Assembly: GCA_009859145.1 (NCBI GenBank)
Contig: VRVR01000024.1
Location: 192,799-214,803, forward strand
Length of the DNA stretch: 22,005 bases
Direction: 5' to 3'
Origin: Andalucia godoyi And28
Taxonomy: Eukaryota; Protista; Jakobida
In this document: piece by piece, positions 9,795 to 17,263 of the stretch
Position numbering within the stretch: the stretch's first letter is position 1
Layout of the letters: each line of letters begins with the position of its first letter
Translations under genes and position numbers: made by a program
The notes under the pieces: model-generated
Told to the model about the DNA's origin: nothing
What the model saw: only the letters and a program-made list of their open reading frames with translations
Database searches by the model: none

Positions 9795-9818
9795 TGTGTG
9801 TGTCTGTGTGTGTGTGTG
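9795..9818. repeat. Imperfect (TG)n microsatellite
   Basis: Direct reading. Confidence 0.85.
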
Positions 9819-9879
9819 ACTGTATTTCTTCTATCATTTCTCGGAACAAAGGATTTGTGATAACGGGGATCGTCAGGGA

Positions 9880-10431
9880 ATGGTAACATTCTTTTGTGAA
9901 GCATGTCAGTCTTCGGTTCGAAAGCCGTCTTTGCAGAAGCACATGCAAACTTGCCGAGGCGCTTGGAACTTTTCGTGTGTTGATTGTGCGAAGGATTTTG
10001 ATGGAAATACAGTTCATGCGCATTCTACATGTGTTTCAGAGGCCCAGAAATACGGACATTCGAAAGGAATTGTAAGAGTACCTCCGTCGCAGAACACCAC
10101 AAACAATAACATCAATAAGAACAATGTGGATGCAAATTCAAGAAAAAGAGATGCTCCAGGAGACTCTCCAAGCTCGGATTCCTCCCTCTCCTCCTCCTCG
10201 TCGTCTCTCAAGAAGAAATCAAAGACTGTGGGTGTGCAGAAGAGTGCGAAGAAAGTCATTCAAGAAGAAGTGAAAAACTGCTTGGCAAAGGATGGAGCGA
10301 TGGACATGTGTGCGTTGATGGACAAGATTGCGTCTGTTCGCGAGACAGTTGGCATGCCAAAATCGAAATTTGAAAAGAAAGCGCAGAGGATCATTTTGAA
10401 CAAGTTCAAGGTTGTTGTCCACCACAAATAA
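9880..10431 (+). CDS. LYAR: LYAR-type C2HC zinc-finger nucleolar protein, 183 aa
   Basis: MVTFFCEACQSSVRKPSLQKHMQTC...SCVDCAKDF...AHSTCVSEAQKYG matches the tandem LYAR zinc fingers; basic Ser-rich linker. Confidence 0.9.
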   Translation: MVTFFCEACQSSVRKPSLQKHMQTCRGAWNFSCVDCAKDFDGNTVHAHSTCVSEAQKYGHSKGIVRVPPSQNTTNNNINKNNVDANSRKRDAPGDSPSSDSSLSSSSSSLKKKSKTVGVQKSAKKVIQEEVKNCLAKDGAMDMCALMDKIASVRETVGMPKSKFEKKAQRIILNKFKVVVHHK

Positions 10432-10482
10432 TAAATAACAAAAAAAAATGGCGGCGGTTCTTTGTTTACTAATTCCGCGATG

Positions 10483-11334
10483 TCACGTCACGTTGCAGGG
10501 AATGCTTTCTCGTATTGGAAACGATTCTTCAAACGAAAAGCCAAGGTATCGCACTCCGGTGACGACCGTGATGCTAACCGAAACGGATCGCTCATGCGCA
10601 CAATTTCGCCACACGTCGTAAAACTGCAGTCCTCGCTTTTCCGAGTCAATCTGGATGGCATACCTTCGCCCTTCCTTGGCAGGAATGATGACGGCACTCT
10701 TGATATAGTCAACGAGAGTGACTCCTGTCGTGACGTCCACAACGTGCAGAGTGAGGTCCTGGATTTCAAATGCCACAAAGTTATCATTGCCCACGTCCAT
10801 GGAGAAATCAAGAGCGATGCGCACTCCGTAAGTATTGAGAGCAGGATAACGAGATAACTCAAGGCTGGGAACATCCACGAACACATCTTCAATCTTCGGA
10901 AATCGAGGAAACAAAAAATACAGCATCAAAACGATGCTAGCAAGCGAGAAGATCATCCCTGCAAAGAAAGTGCAGACAAGTTTCGTTTTCTTCCATCGAA
11001 AACGTAGGCGTTTTTCCAGCAAATACTCGTCCAAAGATCGATCTTTGCTGTGGGGATCAATACCGGGCACATGCGCCACGATGTCGTCTCGCGGACGACA
11101 TTCGCATATCGTCGAGTATGTGCTCTGCGCCACGACGCCGTAGGAAGGTGCGTCGAGATTGCTCACTAACGCGGCCCGACGTGGATGCACGTCCACAAAT
11201 GGTCTGCTGTGCGGTGACGGTGACGGTGACGGTGACGACGATGGCGATGATAATGATGTCGCACGGGACTCTGCAATGGTTTCCGCCACTTCGGAAGGAC
11301 TAGAGGGTTTCTCGATCTTGCAAGATGAACGCAT
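10483..11334 (-). CDS. TMEM106/LEA_2-like type II membrane protein, 283 aa
   Basis: RLRFRWKKTKL, a TM helix, YFLFPR, then a beta-rich domain containing NDNFVAFEIQDLT and a terminal Cys. These parallel TMEM106B RLRPRRTKL, FFLFPR and NNNYYSVEVENIT. Confidence 0.75.
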   Translation of the reverse strand: MRSSCKIEKPSSPSEVAETIAESRATSLSSPSSSPSPSPSPHSRPFVDVHPRRAALVSNLDAPSYGVVAQSTYSTICECRPRDDIVAHVPGIDPHSKDRSLDEYLLEKRLRFRWKKTKLVCTFFAGMIFSLASIVLMLYFLFPRFPKIEDVFVDVPSLELSRYPALNTYGVRIALDFSMDVGNDNFVAFEIQDLTLHVVDVTTGVTLVDYIKSAVIIPAKEGRRYAIQIDSEKRGLQFYDVWRNCAHERSVSVSITVVTGVRYLGFSFEESFPIRESIPCNVT

Positions 11335-11377
11335 TTTTCACCTGTTGCTTGTTCTCTCCCCCCTCCTCCTGGTAATG

Positions 11378-12002
11378 AACTAATGGCCACTGAGACGGCT
11401 TGGGATATTCCAGAATACTTGTCTACTTCAACACAAGTGTGAGTATTCAGACAGAGTAAAGGCGGCGAGACCGCCGATCGTCTCTCACTACAAGTGTGTG
11501 AGCTGCTGGTTGCATCGTGTGGACTTCGATTAACGATGGATGCGACGTTCATCTCTTCTCCCCCATCCAACAAGACGTTTTTTTCGCGCTCTATTCTGAG
11601 CGAACCCATAGAATCCCCCCTTGCACTGCGATAGGCAAATGTGATGTGGCACTTCACGTTCCCATGCAACTGCCGGGGTCGATCGGAACGTCTGCTCGTA
11701 TTGTTATTGCAAGAAATTTTTCCGGTGCAGTTCTGAATTGCGTGAGTTCGTACGCTCGTGATGAATAATGAAAAGGAGAGTAACTGAAACATTGGCTGGA
11801 ATTGTCGTGCAACCACACCGAGGGAGTTCAGAGCCAGCTCCTGCCTTTATTTTCATACGAGAGTGTTCCGAAAGATCAGCACTGCTATTCGCTCAAGAAC
11901 CGCAGAGCTTCCGAAAGTGCATCTTTCTCAGTAAGATTTGAATCTCGGAACTTGCAGAATGAAGCGTCGTAGAGCAAAGAATGGGTTCAGTGGCCATTAA
12001 AC
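11378..12002. mobile_element. Candidate MITE-like segment or paired promoter motif (13-bp perfect inverted repeat)
   Basis: TAATGGCCACTGA at 11381..11393 and TCAGTGGCCATTA at 11987..11999, with AAC on both flanks (11378..11380 and 12000..12002). Confidence 0.3.
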
Positions 12003-12306
12003 AGAGTGCGCCGAAATCTTCCATCAGAGCCTTCCTCATGGCCAGGCTTTCTCGCCGGCGTATGACGACGCTGACACATCTTTCGGTTCGATCAAAAATT
12101 CGCAACGCTTGTAGCGCTCGCCCCCTTCCCCTTTTCTTTTCTTGCTGCATGGCGTCTTTTGGCGTCTTTTGGCTTCTTTGTCCCCGCTTTCTCAATTTTC
12201 TTTTTTAAAAAATTTCTTTCAAGCCTTTTGTTTTTCAGCGCAAAACTCGTTTGAGAAAACCTGCAGAGGAAACGCTTTCCCCAAAAAAAGAGCCGTACTT
12301 TTCTCA

Positions 12307-14161
12307 ATGCTTCGTCGTTTTGGATTATCCACGCTTCGTCCATCGATTCGACCTGTTTTCCAGCGTTCTTATCATCCTTTTCTCTCCGAAGCTTCGTCAA
12401 ATGTGATTGACGGAAGCGTCGATACGTCCTCGGAAGCATACCGCAAGAATTACGCATACAACCACGGGCTTGCGCAGACGTTGCAGCAGCGGATCGCACA
12501 CGTAAAGCTTGGTGGAGATGAAAAAGCAAGAGAGAAGCACGTCGAAAGAGGTAAACTGCTTCCACGACAACGTGTCGAATTGCTCCTCGATCCTGGTTCG
12601 CCGTTCCTCGAGCTTTCTCAGATGGCTGCGTACAACGTGTACAATGAAGATGTCCCTGCAGCTGGAATCATTACAGGTATTGGAAGAATCCATGGGTATG
12701 TCGCTTGCAAAAAGCAAACTCGACATCAAATTTGTGTTTTTTCCCCCTTTTTTCTTTCTTTTCTTCTTCTTCTTCTGTTGCGTCAACGTTTTTTGTTTAC
12801 TGATGTTTTGATTTTTTTATTTTCTTCTTCTTTTGACTAGACGTGAGTGCATGGTTGTTGCGAACGATGCGACCGTTAAAGGAGGTACGTACTATCCGTT
12901 GACGGTGAAGAAGCATGTTCGGGCGCAAGAAATTGCGCACACAAACAACCTTCCCTGTGTTTACTTGGTCGATTCCGGTGGAGCAAACTTGCCGAACCAG
13001 GCAGAAGTGTTTCCTGACCGCGATCATTTTGGCCGGATTTTCTTCAACCAGGCCAACATGTCTTCTGCTGGAATTCCGCAGATTGCTGTGGTGATGGGAT
13101 CGTGTACTGCCGGTGGAGCATATGTTCCCGCGATGGCCGACGAATCTGTAATTGTTCGCAAGAACGGAACGATCTTTTTGGGAGGCCCTCCTCTGGTGCG
13201 TGCTGCAACTGGAGAAGTTGTGAGCGCAGAGGACTTGGGCGGTGCAGATTTGCACTGCAGAACATCCGGTGTTACGGATCATTATGCATACGACGACCGA
13301 CATGCATTGTACCTGGCGCGCCGCATCGTTTCCAATCTCAACACATACGGCCAGTCTGGTAAGAAGGTGTTTGATATGCGCCGCGATTCCGAGGCTCCGT
13401 TGTACGACGCGGCAGAATTGTACGGAGTCATCCCACAGGACGTCCGCCAGCCCTACGACTGCCGAAAGATCATTTCTCGTTTGGTTGATGGATCTCGGTT
13501 CGATGAATTCAAGGCGATGTACGGCGATACGCTGGTGACTGGGTTTTCAAAGATCTACGGAATGCCGGTTGGCATCATTGCGAACAATGGCGTCCTCTTC
13601 TCGGAATCCGCCGTCAAAGGAGCGCATTTCATTGAGCTGTGTGCACAGCGCAGGATTCCGCTCTTTTTCTTGCAAAACATCACCGGCTTCATGGTTGGCC
13701 GCAAGTACGAAGCAGGAGGAATCGCAAAGGACGGAGCAAAGTTGGTGATGGCAGTTGCGTGTGCAAAGGTTCCTAAGATTACGCTCGTGACGGGTGGGTC
13801 CTTTGGGGCTGGAAATTATGGAATGTGCGGTCGTGCATATGATCCGCGTTTCATGTACATGTGGCCGAACTCCAGAATCTCGGTTATGGGTGGCGAGCAG
13901 GCTGCGTCTGTGCTTGCGCAGGTCAAACGGGACAATATTGAGAAGGCTGGAAAACAGTGGACCGCTGAAGAAGAGGAAGCTTTCAAAAACCCCATCCGTG
14001 AGAAGTACGAACGAGAAGGAGACCCGTACTACTCCAGTGCCCGACTCTGGGACGATGGCGTGATTGACCCTGCGCACACCCGCCAGATCCTTGGTCTTTC
14101 TCTCTCAGCTTGCTACAATGCACCGATTGAGCAAACAACATTCGGTGTCTTCCGCATGTGA
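12307..14161 (+). CDS. MCCC2: 3-methylcrotonyl-CoA carboxylase beta (carboxyltransferase) subunit, 569 aa; exons 12307..12695 and 12841..14161
   Basis: The spliced junction reads [26 protein letters not shown]. Also [26 protein letters not shown] and the MCCB-typical C-terminus TFGVFRM*. Arg-rich mitochondrial presequence. Confidence 0.96.
12696..12840 (+). other. Spliceosomal intron (145 nt, phase 2) in MCCB
   Basis: GTATGT donor, TACTGAT branch-like sequence at 12798..12804, T-rich tract, TAG acceptor; removal restores conserved sequence. Confidence 0.93.
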
Positions 14162-14730
14162 TCCTGCTTCTTCTCTCGTCGTCCACTCCTTTTCCTTTCA
14201 TCTCATCCAGCTCAGCGCCAGCTTTGTTCTTTATTCTCGTGTGTGCGAATTCCTACGCAATTAATTAAAATAAAAATAAAAATGATTCCAACCCATAGAC
14301 ATCGAAAATGAAAAAAGAGGAACAGGTTTTCCAGGAACCCGAAGGTCAAGCATCCTGTAGCCACGAGACACGACCTTATTTTAAAAAAATAAATAAAATA
14401 AAATAATCATTCTACAGCCTGGACCCTCAAACCAAAAAAAGGTCCGTTTTTGGGTGACAGCTTTTGACAAATGCCGACAGCATAAATTAAAATAAAAAGC
14501 CCAAAACAAATCGAGGATGTTGATGATTCTGCAGACGTTCAGTGCTTTTCGAGTGCACCATTTCCCCGTTTCCAAAATAGTCAACAACTACTTTCCTCGC
14601 ATAGTGGCATTACAAAAAAAAGAAGAAAAGAGAAGAGAGAGAGAGAGAAAAGAAGAGAACGCGCAGTTCATTGCAAAGAAGAAAGAAAAGGAGAAAAGCA
14701 GTCCTTTAGTCTCACCAGGTTGCAGCGAAA

Positions 14731-14735
14731 CACAG

Positions 14736-14764
<29 letters not shown>
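14731..14764. repeat. (CA)n microsatellite
   Basis: Direct reading. Confidence 0.9.
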
Positions 14765-14769
<5 letters not shown>

Positions 14770-14970
14770 ACTCTTTCTCGTATTGCGCTGAGGCACACTG
14801 ACTCTGTTTTTCACTGGATCCTTCCGAACGCAAAGCAGCGCTAATTTACTCAGCATTGACGTGTCTCGTTCTCTCTTCACAGCTTGGAACTCTCTCACTT
14901 TGTGCAGGTCTTCATTTTTGCTAGACGCAGCAGTAGTTTCCTCTTCTTCTTCTCTTGATTGGATATTTGT

Positions 14971-15509
14971 ATGACGCACAGGTGTTCGCTTTCCTCGCTT
15001 GTTTCTCGAGCTGGATGTGCCGAACGTCCGGATCGGATTTGCGTACTGCTGCTAAACGCGAGTGTCGATGTTGCGTATTATGTGTTGAAACGAGAAATGA
15101 AGGCATCGAATGGTTCTTCGCGACCGATGCTGGTCGACTATGTCGGAGGCGAGGAACACGCTGCAGGATCAGACTCGTCGTTTCTTGTGGTTCAGTTTTC
15201 GTGTTCGGATCCTTCAGAGCTGAACAAAATGGGCGTCTCTCTTATCAAGGACGACTATCGTGTTTTCTTGTTTGATGGTTGGGGAGACGCCTTTCTCTCG
15301 AGGATTACAGTCTCGTTTCCTTTTGTAGAACTCGATATCCCGACATCCTTGGTCCTGAGCCCCGGTACTCATGTCCCAGAGCCGGCGTTTCGCGTACTCT
15401 CGGCTGCCGAGCAAGCGCAACAGTTGCAAGTCCAAAAGGACCTGGAAGATCAGCTGAAGCTCAGAGGCGCACACGCGTACGCGCAGACTCAGGAAAGCAT
15501 GCAGATGGT

Positions 15510-15548
<39 letters not shown>

Positions 15549-16212
15549 AGACTCGTTTCCAATGGAATTGGAGAATGACACTGGGAATGTGAACCAGGAC
15601 GGGAGCGGCGTCAAGCACAGCGAGCAGACGAAGGAGAGTATGAGGGAGAGTGAGGTTGCCGGTTGTTTGGCTGTGTGCCCTCCTACATCCCGAAGATCTT
15701 CCGCAGAGAAGCCGCCTGTTCCCCCTCAGCGGTTGCCCAATAGCTCGGCGACTCCTGGAAATAGCGCAGGTCTTAGCGGAAGCTTCGGAGCAGGCTACAT
15801 GTTCAATCATAGTTGCATCCAGAGTAGTGGGAGTTTGGTGGGTGCTTCACCGCCGATGTTTCAGTCCATATCCAACCCTATTGATATCCCGTCCTCCAAT
15901 TCGTCTTCGCAGACCACGGACGACTGTATACAGACGCCGCCGTCGCCGTTTCTGATGCGTTCGCCGGCCTCCGTGTCCAAACTCAAAGAAAAGCTCCGGA
16001 GGAAAGTGAGATGGTCTGATGAGGAGGACCCAACATCAAGCGATGACATTGATGCAATCTCAAATGGAATCCGAGACATGGTACAAAAGCAGTCCATGAA
16101 GGTTCGTGGACCTGCGCTGAAGTCCCACAACGTTGAGCGATTTTCAAAATCTGCTGCGCTCGAATTCCAGTCCTACATGACCGCCAAGAAAACCATCACC
16201 AATAACTCTTAG
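14971..16212 (+). CDS. Protein of unknown function, about 413 aa: N-terminal alpha/beta region, poly-Asp tract, S/P-rich region, RVxF-type motif
   Basis: Long ORF (first ATG 14971; alternative 15097). (GATGAC)6 at 15511..15546 encodes D12; RKVRW at 16000..16014. Confidence 0.8.
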
Positions 16213-16286
16213 CACCCGGTATTTGTGGCCAGCTGAGCATGCTCCAAGTATCGAGTGCCTTTGGACCGCACACGTTTGTTTATAGT

Positions 16287-16322
16287 GCTGCCTTTCCGCT
16301 GCCTTTCCGCTGCCTTTCCGCT
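16287..16322. repeat. 11-bp tandem repeat (GCTGCCTTTCC)x3 plus GCT
   Basis: Direct reading, downstream of the stop at 16212. Confidence 0.9.
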
Positions 16323-16621
16323 CCCACCTTCCGCGTTCGAAAAATTTCACCACGTGCACCCTCCGTTCTTAACCTCTCTTTCAACATGCGCTGTACATAT
16401 ATTATTGCACATTGTTCATACCGATGCCAGCCTCCAATCTCATCCTCCTTATCACTTCACAGTATTTTGTAAAGATCTCCATCGATGATCGAGCATTCTG
16501 CAGTAGCAGTTTGATGCATTTATCCAACAGTAAAGCCTACAACAGTAGATTTTTTCAGTATGGATGCAGCTGAAAAAGAACAAGGATACGCTCCGATTGG
16601 AAAATTGATTCGCTTCCTACG

Positions 16622-16925
16622 ATGGGGCAGCTGTTGTTTCTGTTAGAATACGCCAACGACTGTTCCATGCCCGACGGTGCTGTTCAGAGAGCTCTGGATG
16701 CCAGGGGTGTGCGTAAAGACAGACTGGCCCTCTCCACCGGGACCCATGATCTTGATAATGTGCAATGTACACGTAAACATTTCCATTTTGTCTAAATGGA
16801 TATTCACTCATGTCAATCAAATCGATTTGGGGCACGGCTCTTCAAGTGCACCACCTCAGCCACTTGCTGTAGTATTCGCGGACCGCGTGCGTCCCTCTCG
16901 GCTTGCCCCAGGTTTCCTTGAATAG
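16622..16925 (+). CDS. Possible spliced micro-gene, about 67 aa (exons 16622..16772 and 16873..16925)
   Basis: MGQLLFLLEYANDCSMPDGAVQRALDARGVRKDRLALSTGTHDLDNVQCT joined through GTAAAC...CTGTAG (100 nt) to LFADRVRPSRLAPGFLE*. Competes with a minus-strand model. Confidence 0.3.
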
Positions 16926-17084
16926 TCCGCCGTTCCTTTTTGGCCATTCCTTCCGCTCGTTCTCACGCAAGCAGCACGCGTTCTGCAGCATTCCTTCTGG
17001 CTTTCTTTGCATTTATTTAACTCATTTTTCCTGTTCTGTAGTTTGGCTTTCCCACCTTCCTCTCTCGTCGTAGCAGAAAAAAAA

Positions 17085-17204
17085 ATGCTGTCTATTCGTC
17101 TTCGTTATCCGATTGCAGCACAGTATGTGTTTGTTTTCTCAATCCGCTTATTGAATTGAAAACGGAGAATGTTTTTCTCACGAGTGTTTGTGCTTACTTA
17201 CCTT

Positions 17205-17263
<59 letters not shown>

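Noticed and set aside
11461-11475. GGCGG-CGAGA-CCGCC hairpin
   Set aside because: A 5-bp stem is expected by chance and has no ncRNA context.
11383-11634. + strand frame MATETAWDIPEYLSTSTQV-UGA-VFRQSK... as readthrough or a spliced gene
   Set aside because: No Cys/Sec-type context or homology. The GTGAGT donor at 11439 gave no productive splice with the nearest acceptor I tested.
14162-14960. snoRNA or tRNA in the intergenic DNA after MCCB
   Set aside because: A TGATGA at about 14521 has no matching box D or terminal stem, and I found no tRNA cloverleaf; a covariance-model search was not possible.
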